A stretch of DNA of 63,104 nucleotides, filler included. It is 7 parts of 7 records of this genome, joined end to end, with 100 filler letters (N's around TTAATTAATTAA, not from the genome) between each part and the next. Parts side by side here need not be neighbours in the genome. Positions count along the whole stretch, not along the records: positions 9,571 to 21,837 come from SRR20825019_2108; positions 21,938 to 32,001 come from SRR20825019_2117; 5 more parts are not named here. One strand, 5' to 3'. Both the position numbers and the translations under genes were made by a program. Shown here in pieces: positions 17,970 through 28,194 of the stretch. The stretch's first letter is position 1; each line of letters begins with the position of its first letter. The notes beneath the pieces were generated by a model that did no database searches, was not told where the DNA came from, and saw nothing but the letters and a program-made list of their open reading frames with translations.

Positions 17970-18698
17970 ATGTCCCGAGCACCGAGCCTACGACGAGTTG
18001 ACGCCGTCCTGAATTCCCACCTGCAGCACGCTTGGCGTCGCGCCGGCATCGAACGGCTCGACCCGTATCTCAGCATCGAGCGGGAGCAGCGCGTCTTCAC
18101 GTTGATCTGCGGATGCGATCCGACTCCGCAGGGCAAATACCTCACGTGGCTTTCGGCCTGGCGCCGACGCTGGTGGACCGACTACGGTTTGCGAACCTGT
18201 TGCGGCATGTTCGAGATGGACCGGTTATCCTCGGGCTTGCGGCATTTCCACGATGTGCGTCCGCATCTTCCTATGGAGATGCGCGATATCAACCGTCTCG
18301 AGACGGTCGACGAACTGCTTTGCGCCGAAAACCGCCTCACAGCGCTCGGTGCGAGGAGCCTGAGGAAGGCGGAACGCGACCAGGCATATGCAGAGAGTGA
18401 ACTGCTGTTCGACGCCGAACACTGGAAGCTGGTCCGTCTCAAGAGCCAGGCGGCGGCCCGCTGGTGGGGAATGGGGACCCGCTGGTGCACATCGGCGCGC
18501 TTCAACAACCAATTCGAGCTTTACGCGAGGAGAGGACCGCTGATGGTGTTAATGACGCCATCCGACAGATACCAGCTCGCCGTCGGGAGCGGGGAATTCA
18601 GGAACTCATCCGATGCCCAAGCCAATATTGAGGTGGTTCTGAGGGGAGCGCCTGCGGCGTTGCGGTTGATGGTGGCGGATTGTCTTTCCCGCGCGTAA
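17970..18698 (+). CDS. phage-type hypothetical protein, PcfJ-like C-terminal region
   Basis: DPTPQGKYLTWL, RDINRL and AARWWGMGTRWCTSA...NQFELY resemble a family common in large phages. Confidence 0.65.
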   Translation: MSRAPSLRRVDAVLNSHLQHAWRRAGIERLDPYLSIEREQRVFTLICGCDPTPQGKYLTWLSAWRRRWWTDYGLRTCCGMFEMDRLSSGLRHFHDVRPHLPMEMRDINRLETVDELLCAENRLTALGARSLRKAERDQAYAESELLFDAEHWKLVRLKSQAAARWWGMGTRWCTSARFNNQFELYARRGPLMVLMTPSDRYQLAVGSGEFRNSSDAQANIEVVLRGAPAALRLMVADCLSRA

Positions 18699-18893
18699 CA
18701 CCCCCATCGCCCTGCCTGGTGGGATCTTCTCGAAATCCAGGGGCCGCATGGTAGTCGGGACAGTCCTGCCGTCATCACATGAGAGCATGAGAACAGGGAT
18801 CACGCCGGGCTTCGGGCAACAGCGAGAGGGTCATTCGAGCCCGGTCAGGCTAAGGTAGATCGTTGGGCGCCTAACGTGGCTCCGTGCTGCAAG

Positions 18894-19310
18894 TCATCGC
18901 GCCAATTCGTTCAGGATCGCTTGGACGACGTCTTCGAGCCGGTCGTGCTCCCAGAACCTCAGGACGCGCCAACCCTGCTCCGTCAGGAGGTCCGTAGTTT
19001 CAGCATCGCGTTGTTTGTTCTGCTCCAACTTGGCTGCCCACCAGCCATCGTTGGACCTGGGGATCGTCTTGTGCAGGGCGCATCCATGCCAGAAGCAGCC
19101 GTCGATGAACACGGCGATCCGCTTCCTGGGAAAGGCTATGTCAATCGATCGGCGCGGGCGACCCGGCACCGGGTAGTGCTTGCGGTAGCGCACGCCCGAG
19201 GAGAACAGGGCCTTTCGCACCGCCAGCTCGACCTGCGTATCGCTCGTGCGCTGCCGCCGCATCCGAGCCGAAACGCCGGCGTTCGCCGGCGGCGGTCGTT
19301 CGATCGTCAA
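18894..19310 (-). CDS. vsr: very short patch repair endonuclease
   Basis: DTQVEL, IDIAF, AVFIDGCFWHGC, WWAAKLEQNKQRD and GWRVLRFWEH; ATGA overlap with the methyltransferase. Confidence 0.95.
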   Translation of the reverse strand: MTIERPPPANAGVSARMRRQRTSDTQVELAVRKALFSSGVRYRKHYPVPGRPRRSIDIAFPRKRIAVFIDGCFWHGCALHKTIPRSNDGWWAAKLEQNKQRDAETTDLLTEQGWRVLRFWEHDRLEDVVQAILNELAR

Positions 19311-20344
19311 CGCTGCGAGGCCTTCAGGGCCGCCCTGAAGGCCGGAACGAATGCCTTGATCATCTCCGGCGGCACGGCGTTGCCGATCTGCCTTGCGATG
19401 TCGCTGTCATTCCCCCTGAATTCGTAATCGTTGGGAAAGCTTTGTAGGCGCGCGGCCTCGCGCAGGGTGATGGCGCGATGTTGCTCGGGGTGGGCGAAAC
19501 GACCGCGCGTGATGTCCGTGCATCCCGTGGTCAGCGTTGGCGCGACGTCCTGCCAGGCCATGCGACCGTACACGTCGGAGAACGACCTGGGCTTGCCGAC
19601 ATGGCAACGGAGCTCGAGATGAGCGGGAAGGCTGGATCGACTACCACCGTCCGCGGGAATGTGCCTGAGGCGCTCGACCGCTATCGATTGATGAGTGCGG
19701 GCCCTGTGCAGCGCATCCTCGGCACTGGCCTGTCCCGATTCCAGTCTTTCGAGATCCGCTATGGCACGGAATACGGTCTTTCTCGGCATCGTCATGTCCA
19801 GGGAGACGAACGTATCGACGGCGTCCCGGGTTCTGGCCGCCAGCATGATGCAACGGCGTCGCCGCTGGGGCACCCCGAAATCCGCCGCATCCCTCAGGAG
19901 CGGATCGGAGACGACATAACCCAGTTCATCGAGTTTCGTCCTCACCTGCGCCACGATGGATGCATAGGCCGGCGTCGCCAACCCGGGGACGTTCTCGAAG
20001 AACACTATGGCAGGCTTCAGCCGTTCCGCGACCGCCAGAGCCCTGACGATGAGCTGTTCGCGCTCGTCGTCGCCTCGAAACCTGTTCTGGCTGCTGAACG
20101 GCTGGCAGGGTGCACAGATGGCCAACATATCCACCTGGCGCCCACGCACGGCGGACGCAATGCGATCGATGGTGTCATCCAGCCGGATATCGCCGTCGAC
20201 CAGTTTGGCGCGGGGGTGATTGGCACGATACGTGGCGGCGGCCACGGGATCGTTGTCGCACGCAGCCAACACGCGCCATCGGGCGCTGCGCAATCCCTGC
20301 GTCAACCCGCCCGACCCGCAGAAGATATCGACCGCAGTTGGCAT
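19307..20344 (-). CDS. dcm: DNA (cytosine-5) methyltransferase
   Basis: Motifs I (DIFCGSGG), IV (PCQPFS), VI (ENVPG), VIII (QRRRR), IX-X (REAARLQSFP, QIGNAVPP); ATG at 20344. Confidence 0.95.
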   Translation of the reverse strand: MPTAVDIFCGSGGLTQGLRSARWRVLAACDNDPVAAATYRANHPRAKLVDGDIRLDDTIDRIASAVRGRQVDMLAICAPCQPFSSQNRFRGDDEREQLIVRALAVAERLKPAIVFFENVPGLATPAYASIVAQVRTKLDELGYVVSDPLLRDAADFGVPQRRRRCIMLAARTRDAVDTFVSLDMTMPRKTVFRAIADLERLESGQASAEDALHRARTHQSIAVERLRHIPADGGSRSSLPAHLELRCHVGKPRSFSDVYGRMAWQDVAPTLTTGCTDITRGRFAHPEQHRAITLREAARLQSFPNDYEFRGNDSDIARQIGNAVPPEMIKAFVPAFRAALKASQR

Positions 20345-20456
20345 ACTCACCTCGGGCGCGGGAGTACAGCACGGCGGAACGACTGGCAAGCCGGCGCGAC
20401 GATGGCAGGTCGACGCGAGCTTGCCGGACGAATGGCATTGTGTCCGCAACCGTCCA

Positions 20457-20852
20457 TCACGACGCGGCCTTGTCGAAATCACCGGCTCGCCATTGCCGTT
20501 CAAGCCCCTGTTCGGTGGTGCGGATGGCCAGATGCAGCTTATCCTGGTCCGTGGCGTCCCGGCGCGCGATATCGATGAGGCGCTCGACGAGTCGCGCGGC
20601 ACTGCCGATGTTTCTCCCGAATGCGTTCGGCTTCTGGGTCCGGCGACCGGCGCCCTGCATTTCCACCATGCCCAGAGCGCTCTCGATGCGCAACAAGGCA
20701 TTCCTGATACGGGTTTTCGAGACTCCCGTCTCGAAGCCGTAGGCTCCTGCCGGCGCCGCCTTGCCATCGTCGTAGAGCAATTCCGCCAACCGCGCCAAGA
20801 GCAGCAGCTCACCCAGCGTGACATCGGGTTCTAGCTTGGGTCTGGTCGCCAT
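20457..20852 (-). CDS. stand-alone LysR/ModE-type winged-helix protein (131 aa)
   Basis: GGAGG RBS; GVSKTRIRNALLRIESALG...GRRTQKPNAFG follows the LysR HTH-wing pattern; no effector domain. Confidence 0.65.
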   Translation of the reverse strand: MATRPKLEPDVTLGELLLLARLAELLYDDGKAAPAGAYGFETGVSKTRIRNALLRIESALGMVEMQGAGRRTQKPNAFGRNIGSAARLVERLIDIARRDATDQDKLHLAIRTTEQGLERQWRAGDFDKAAS

Positions 20853-20905
20853 CGTGCCTCCTGGCCCCCAGGCTGGCACGGATGCTTGAAGAAACTGTTG
20901 ACGAT

Positions 20906-21073
20906 GACGGGATTTCGCCACCGGCTGATGGTATTTCGCTATCTTCTGATGGGATTTCGAAATCATCTGATGGGATTTCGAAATCTTCCGAAGACATTTC
21001 ACCATCAGCCGATGACCATTCGCCATCAGCTGATGGCATTTCGACATCTCGTGATGGGATTTCGACGTCACCC
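20906..21073. repeat. tandem array of 8 x 21-bp degenerate units
   Basis: Units start at 20906, 20927, 20948, 20969, 20990, 21011, 21032 and 21053; consensus GATGGgATTTCGnnATCwnct; each unit is a GAT(G)...(C)ATC dyad. Confidence 0.95.
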
Positions 21074-21124
21074 GCGTGAGGCAGCCGCCTTTGGACGCAC
21101 CCGAAGCGACGCGGCATCCCAAAG

Positions 21125-21186
21125 TTGCAAATAATTCCTACTTGCAAAAACTATCGTTCGAGCGTCTTATTGCGAACCGTTCGCAA
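21125..21186 (+). promoter_or_regulatory. putative Mur/Fur-type operator(s)
   Basis: Perfect palindrome TTGCGAA-CCG-TTCGCAA (21170-21186; TGC-N9-GCA) plus TTGCAA-N11-TTGCAA (21125-21147). Confidence 0.55.
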
Positions 21187-21198
21187 CAAGGGCGACCC

Positions 21199-21837
21199 AT
21201 GAAAACCCAGCATGAAACAGAGAAGGTTTCGCGACGCAGCCTCATCGCCGGCATCGCGGCTGCCGGCGGCACTGCGGCATTGGCCGGCGTCGCCGCGGCT
21301 CAATCCATGCCCGGGCATGACATGGCGGCGATGCAAGACGATGCCCCCAGCGCTGTGAACCCTTACTCGGCTCCGTCCATCCACGAAGGTGGTCATGGGC
21401 AGATGATCACCATGGGGCGGGTGGATGCGGCGGCCAACGGCTTCGACCCCACGGCCATGCTCACCGATTGGGATTTCGGTACGGTGTCGCTCATGGAGGA
21501 TGGCAGGGTCTTGCGCACATTCGAGGTGGAGGCCATCGACAAGGACATCGAGATTGCCCCCGGCGTGACGTTTCCGGCCTGGACCTTCAACGGTCGTGTG
21601 CCCGGTCCCGCCCTCAGGGCCAAGGAGGGAGAGCGGCTGCGGATCGTCTTCCGCAATTATGGGTCCCATCCCCATTCGATGCATTTCCACGGCATCCATT
21701 CCTGGCGCATGGATGGCGTGCCGGGAGCGGGCCTCATCAACCCGGGCGAGGAATTCGTCTACGAGTTTGAGGCCAAGCCGTTCGGTTGCCACCTCTATCA
21801 CTGCCATGCGCTGCCGCTGAAGCGGCACATGCACAAG
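21199..21837 (+). CDS. Tat-exported multicopper oxidase (3' truncated)
   Basis: SRRSLI Tat signal; WTFNGRVPGP, HSMHFHG and YHCH copper motifs. Confidence 0.92.
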
Positions 21838-21937
21838 NNNNNNNNNNNNNNNNNNNNNNNNNNNNNNNNNNNNNNNNNNNNTTAATTAATTAANNNNNNN
21901 NNNNNNNNNNNNNNNNNNNNNNNNNNNNNNNNNNNNN
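21838..21937. other. artificial contig spacer
   Basis: N-run, TTAATTAATTAA, N-run. Confidence 0.99.
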
Positions 21938-23368
21938 ATGTGTATCCGCCAAGATTTTCTGTTCACTCTCAGGAATATGAATATTGGATCCAAGTGGCCA
22001 TTCTTCAGCCTTCCATTCCTTCACCAAACCGTCCTTACTTGCGCTCACGAAAGACTTTCCATCCGCCAATGACGAGAGCGCAGTCACGGCACGAGAATGG
22101 GTACCCAGCACCACTTTATGCAAGCGATGCTGCTTCCAAACATAAAGATGGCCCTTCGATGACCCAGTAATAGTTACATCAGAACCTAGGAAACATATGC
22201 ACAACTGCGTGTGTATGGACCCAATATTGCCGAAAACGCCACTCTTCACCTTCAAGCGATTGCCGCTAAATTCCCAGAAAGTCACATGCCGCACTCCACA
22301 CGTCACAAATTCTGAAGGGCTCCTCCAGGCCACTGCAAGATTTTTGTCGCACATTCCCTTCAATGCCGAGATCTGACGCCCATCGTATGCACTCCACACA
22401 CATATCGTATTTCCGGGATCTGTACCGCACGTAACAAGGTAGTCTCCGTCTCCCGGAGAAAATGCCATAGCTGAAATACTTTCTTGGTTCACCAAAGTCT
22501 TTGCAAATACGACATTCAGACTCTCGCTATCCCAAACATAAACTGTAGGGTGCAAAGGCCCGATGTCAGCAGAAGCAAAAAGGCGTTTGTTGGGGTGTGG
22601 GACTAGACAAGTAATTTGAGATCGATGTCGATCAAAAAATGTTTGCGAATGCTCCTTTGTCCGGTGGACAACAGCCAACGAAGCGGCATTGAAAACTATA
22701 TGTTTGTTTGACGAGAAATGCACGTTGTCACGACAGCTCCAGAAGTTACCTCCATACAGGAACTCTCGGGAAACCACCAAACCTCTCCCAGGATTCGCTG
22801 GCTGATTGTTGATTGCTGTGACGGACCACCTATGGCTTCGACCCCGGGACTTAGGTGAATTTTCACCATCATTATCACGCGGTCCAGCGGCAACTTTTCG
22901 ATTAGCAAGCTTCAGGGCAAGATGAACCTCCTCTTCTAAGTCGCTATCCGAATCATCAGATACCGCGCCGGTTTCGACTTCTTCCGTTGTAGCGTCCCTG
23001 AATTCCCGATATATGACCTTCATGAACACCTTGCCTTTTCCAACTGCCCTAACCACGTCTCGAACCTCGCCCTCCATTAAATCACTCACCTCCACCGAAA
23101 ATGAACCCAAAATATCATCATTGACTACATCCCTATCCTTAACAACCACGACGAGGTCCCCTTTGCTCCCAAGATCTTCAACAAAGAGGTTCAGTGTATC
23201 GTTCCATGTGGGGTCCAGGGTCTTGTACACCACACAAGAACTAGCTCGTTGACCTCCATACTCAAAAACACAGTAAGGGTCAGAGTAACCCCCAAAATCT
23301 TTGGAGGGAAGGTGTTCCGCCCTTTCTAGTGCTATGGTGAGAGCTCCAACAACGTTGCCTCTCGACAT
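21938..23368 (-). CDS. eukaryotic C2 domain + HELP/WD40 (EML-like) protein, 3' truncated
   Basis: C2 motifs DFGGYSDPYC, KTLDPTWN, KDRD; HELP-like FLYGG...CRDNVHF; WD40 repeats (FVTCGVRHVTFW, FVSASKDGLVKEW). Confidence 0.8.
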
Positions 23369-24591
23369 GCTACTGAGCTCCACCCCTTCTTGTGCGGCTT
23401 CTTGTTGGGCAATATATATGAGACTTAACCCCGCCTTTGACAGACAATATACCCTAGTGCTGCAACAAACTAAGGCAGTCGGGCCTCGGGCTGGTCTGTC
23501 TACTCAGCTGGAAATCGACTTTCAAGTCGGGGCGTGGACGCACCGATAAGCGGGGCGGTGGAGCCCTGCACAGCGTTCCTACTGGCAGGCACGCCAGTGC
23601 GGCTGATGCTCAGCTCCCGGCGCCGCCGGCCCCACCCCGCGGTGACCGGCCCGGGTGGGACATCCTCTCATCAGTCTCATGAGGGGACGGAGGAGCCCCG
23701 GGGGCGGCGGGCCCCAGCGCGGGCGGGCCGCCGGCCCGCGGCGCCGCCGGACCCGACCGCAGCGCGCCGCACCGTCGTGATCGGATGGAACCGCCGGCAG
23801 CCGCGGGCCCGGCCCGCGGGCCGGGCCCGGCTTGGGGGTGGGACGCCACGAGGCTGCCGCCGGGCCTTTGAATCTAACTGACGGTTTAAAAGTCCTGACG
23901 CCAAAGGAAGTCGGCAAATCATCGTTAGCAGTCAAGGCCTGGCGCGGAAGACCGCTTCCTGGAGCGGAGCGAGTTCCCCTGAGTGATTTCCCTGGCCCCG
24001 CCGTGAGGGGGAGTGCTGGCGTGCCAGCCAGATCCAGTCCACGTGATTCGCGGAACTTGAATGTCTGGCTCGCCTCCCGTCCCAGGCGCATCTCCCAGCA
24101 TGGTGATCGTTCGGCCTCGGCTTCTTGGTCGGGAGCACTGCCGCGCCCGGCCCGCGGCCGCGCCTCGGCGGCACGGGCGGTCCGGGAGCCCCGATGCATC
24201 CGAAGAGCCGGAGTGATTACTCGATCCGCTGCAGTCATGAACCACCCGAGAGCCCAGGCATCACATCACTCTCAGGCTGCTGAAGTTGTCGCGAACTCGC
24301 GTTCGTCCGCCGGCGTCGCAACCAAGCCCCGACTCCGGCGAGCACTTTGCCAGCCGGTTGGCAGAATCAGTCGGTGGTGTGAGTGAGGATCCTATCAGCA
24401 GCCGAACACAGCGCATTGTCCTGTCCCGTACTGGTTGCCCCAACCTATCTGTTGCTTTTTGTTGCCTCAACAGTCAAGGCTTTGCATCCTTCACTAACAG
24501 GTGCTTGAACGACTTGTGAGCTTGATGCTATATTATAAATGTTCTTGTCGCGACTGTGCAGCAACTGTTCAGGAGACACTTGGACCTGGTC

Positions 24592-26164
24592 ATGTCTACC
24601 AGACTGTCTCCGGACCAACAAGAAAGTGTTGAGACCTTCCAAAGTGTTACAGGTATTGGAAAGCTTGTTAAACAAATGTGCTATGCCAAATTATTCACGG
24701 TTGAAAAAGGAGTGTCAGATGTTCAGGAAAGAATATCGTATTTAGAAAGTGCCGACTGGGACCTAACTCGGGCACTGGAGTTGTTTTTTGCTGCAAGCGA
24801 TGGTGGTCGCGCCAGGGCTGGCAGCTTGGGGGGGGGAGCAACCGCGGCGGCTGCTGGGCCTTCTGACGTGGCCAATCGAGGTCCCGAGGGTGGGATACTA
24901 GATATACTTGGACGGGTTTTCGGGGCCGGAGCTCCCCAAGCACCTCTCCGAGCGAGCACAAGGAATCATGGCGCTGCCTTTGTCGAGAAATTTGAAAGGA
25001 AGTATGGTGAAAGGCACCCAAAGTTTCATGATAACACCTTCAACGACGCTATGAATCAGGTGAGGTATTTTGAGCTTTTGATTTTTATTTGCTTACAAAT
25101 ATATGTCAGGCCAAGAGACAATTTAAATTCCTTATAGTATATATACACTCTTCGCGACATGTGGACACAGACGAATTCTGCAGGTATGCTGTTGGTCGAG
25201 ACTATTACATAGATTTCTAACCGACGAGTGATAAGTCGAGTATTGACCAACGATGAGCTGGCCACTTATATTGACGAGAACTTCATTACTTGGGCAGGCG
25301 ACGTATTGGTTGGTATGTGACATCAAAAGATAAGGCGTGGCGTCGCTTAATGTGGTGTTGCAGCGGAAGCTGTTGAAATTTCGAACGCTCTGCGCTTGAC
25401 GACCTATCCTAGTGTGGCCGTATTATCCCACCAAGGGCAGACTCTTGAGGTCATTGAGGGGTTGACGGGAGTCGACGAGGTAAAAGAGAAGCTGAAGCAA
25501 GTTGTTGAAGAGCACGGTGCAGTTTTGGTGGCTGCTCGCATTGACCAGTGAGTAGACACTTGACTGAGTATGATTGTACCTAATCCATGGCAGGGAGGAA
25601 AGAAATCTGGAGAGACAGCTTCGCGAGGAGCAGGACCGAGAATTCGAAGAATCGTTGGCAAGAGATAGAGCGAGGGTATGCATGATGTGTAAGGCCTGTT
25701 GTGTGATTTGACCGCTGTACTCGTAGGATGAAGAAAAGAAGAAAAAGGAGGAAGAGGAGCGCAGAAAGGTCGAAGAAGCAGCAGAGCTAGAGCGGGAAGC
25801 AGAGAGGGCGAAGGAGGAGAAGAAAGTGGCAAAACAGAGAAAAAGGGAGGCTCTGCCACCGGAACCCGCAGCATCTAGTGATTGTGCAACTATCATGTTT
25901 CGTTTGCCAGACGGAAGCAAGACAACGTGAGTGAAAGGGAATCAGATTTGTTGAATTGTGGTTCTAATGCAATTTACTAGTCGCCGTTTCGATGCCAATT
26001 CTAAGTTCCAGCACGTGTTTGACTACGTCGAAACACTCGATTTTGAGGAGGAGCACTATGAACTGATGCAGAACTTCCCGAATCGTACCTTCAACAATCC
26101 TGATGAAGGTCTTCGGGAGGCCGGAATGGTTCCGCAAGGGATGTTAATAGTACACGAGTTGTAG
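24592..26164 (+). CDS. UBX-domain protein (FAF1/FAF2-like: UBA, UAS, coiled coil, UBX), multi-exon
   Basis: FQSVTG..WDLTRALELFF (UBA-like); FERKYGERHPKF and AKRQFKFLIVYIHS (UAS); FRLPDG, RRF and NFPNRTF (UBX); several GT-AG introns of about 50 nt. Confidence 0.85.
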
Positions 26165-26319
26165 CGAGCTGAGGGGTGACCATAACAACAGCATGCTGTT
26201 TCGAAATGATCTTGGTGGTCTTCTAGGCTGATTTGGGTTGTACTCATCTTCTAAAATGAAGCTTGAAATGCGTTTTATACCCGTGCAAAGTGAATTTACG
26301 CAGCGGTTCATGGCGTAGG

Positions 26320-28194
26320 CTAACCGATTTTGATCTCCCGGTTATGATGGGCACCGTATTCATCTCCGACACTGGCATCCTTGGCAATTTTGGAGACTCG
26401 CCAGGTCTCCTCCTTGGCACTTTGCAGCCGTTCAACAATCGGCATCCAGAACAGGCAAGTGGCTATTCCTAGAAGAATGCACGCCATGGATACGATGTAG
26501 TATCCGTCTGCACAAATTGGTCAGACAAATGAACATCACACCATTCGTTGCAACACATACCTTGCTCAGTCACACATTGACCTCCACCATCCGTGCACAT
26601 TTGCCGCTCGTCAGCGGTGCTGCAAGTGTACTCCTGAAGAATCCCACCCGTCGCAGCAACACACTTGGAAATGGTAAACTGATCCATTAGATACAATACC
26701 GGAGACTTGGGCCACGTGCCTCCAAGATTTCTGCTCAAGGATGTTACCAACTGCGATGGCGACCATTTACATCATAACAGAACTTACGTGATGGTTGTCA
26801 AAACTGTCAAATAAGTTCCGCCAATCTCAGGATCCCCAATCTTCATGAAGAAGCCACAAATAGTCACAAACATTAGGGTCGATCCCAGCGAGGTCAGCGC
26901 CGTAGAAAGAATCACAATCGCATACCAGCCTGTAGCACACAACAGCGTTACGAATTGCAGTTAGGTGAAGCAAGTGAAGGTTACCAGTCGTGATTTCGCC
27001 GCCTTCAGGAAAGTAAAACAGCACTCCAGTGCAAACAACGCACATGACCAAACGGAGTACATAAGCGTAAACCCATACTCTCAAGGGCTTGTCACCGCCA
27101 GCGAGCTTACCACCAATGTATGAGAATACAATGTCTAGGGGAAACTGAACTAGGGCGAGCACTGCCATGGACGCCTTGGGAAAGCCCTATACCAAAGTCA
27201 GCACGTAAGACTGAAGCGCTCACCAATACCCATACCTTATCCAAAAACTTGAAAACAAGGGCCGCATCGTTAGCAGCAAAACCAACTTTGCACGTTACCA
27301 GTAACAAGCACAGCAGGATAACGTTGCGCAGCTGTAATACCCCAAAAATTTTGCGATACACAAGCTTCCACAAGAGTTCCTCCTTCTCTGACGGATCTGA
27401 CGGGATGAACGGCCCCTCGTACTTGAAGAGAGCAATGACCACCGTAACCGTCACGTATACTATGGCACAGAACATAGTGTATTCTCCCAGCGAAACCAAG
27501 CCTCTTTCCGACGGTTCTGCGCGCAAATATGTATTGACAAACGTGGGCTCATTCAATGCCAGGAATATTGTGTAGGACATGAGAAATCCGGCAGTCTGGC
27601 CAACATTCTGGCATGTGGAAGCCATTGATACGTTTTCTTTCGAAAGCATGGTGAGCGCCCAACCGTCCACAGCGATGTCTTGCGTCGCAGCGAGGAAAAT
27701 TAGAAGGAAGAAACAAGCGGTAAGATCATATACTCTGTCCTTGGAGTGCGCAACCATATCTTCGATGCTGTAGCTGAGGTAAAAGAGCACCACAGCGGAG
27801 AGAGCTTGTGTAGGGATGATCCATGTTTTTCTCCGGCCAATTTTGTCTGAGAAGAAAGAGTCTACGATTGGTGACCAAAATAGCTTCAAGGAATATGGCC
27901 ACGCCGCTAGCGCAAAGGTTGCTTGTTCCGTTAATGTAGCCGACTGTTGAATGAGCAAAGGAATGGAACCGAAAACCAAACCAATAGGCACACCTTGAAC
28001 CCAATCTGTATGAGTGTACGTTAGGCTCCTGTCTTTCATATATTACAACAAGCCAACTTACACAACACTAAGAGTGTTATAATACCAGATCTGTCGGATG
28101 CAGAAAGAAAAGTGCTGCTTTTAGGTTGGCTTTCAGCTGGCAGACTTGCCATTTCCAAATCAGCATCGGACTCCCTCGCCTTCCGGGCAGCCAT
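26320..28194 (-). CDS. acetyl-CoA transporter (SLC33A1/AT-1 family), multi-exon
   Basis: QGVPIGLVFGSIP, WPYSLKLFWSPIVD, GRRKTWIIPTQ, AATQDIAVDGWALT, NLGGTWP and final exon DGYY...; start may lie upstream (28458). Confidence 0.88.

Larger units (their letters stand above)
9629..21073. mobile_element. tRNA-adjacent defence/accessory island (no integrase visible)
   Basis: Cluster of HEPN, MNT, nuclease, GHKL-kinase/receiver, vsr and C5 methyltransferase genes directly downstream of a tRNA 3' end; right boundary uncertain. Confidence 0.65.

Noticed and set aside
20345-20824. 160-aa N-terminal extension of the methyltransferase in the ORF track
   Set aside because: Motif I begins right after ATG 20344, and the extension overlaps the better-supported wHTH gene
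20906-21073. 21-bp array as a CRISPR array
   Set aside because: Units are contiguous with no unique spacers, and there are no cas genes
23534-24386. Several overlapping Arg/Pro/Gly-rich ORFs (also at 30930-31639)
   Set aside because: Expected from stop-codon scarcity in very GC-rich DNA; no recognisable domains
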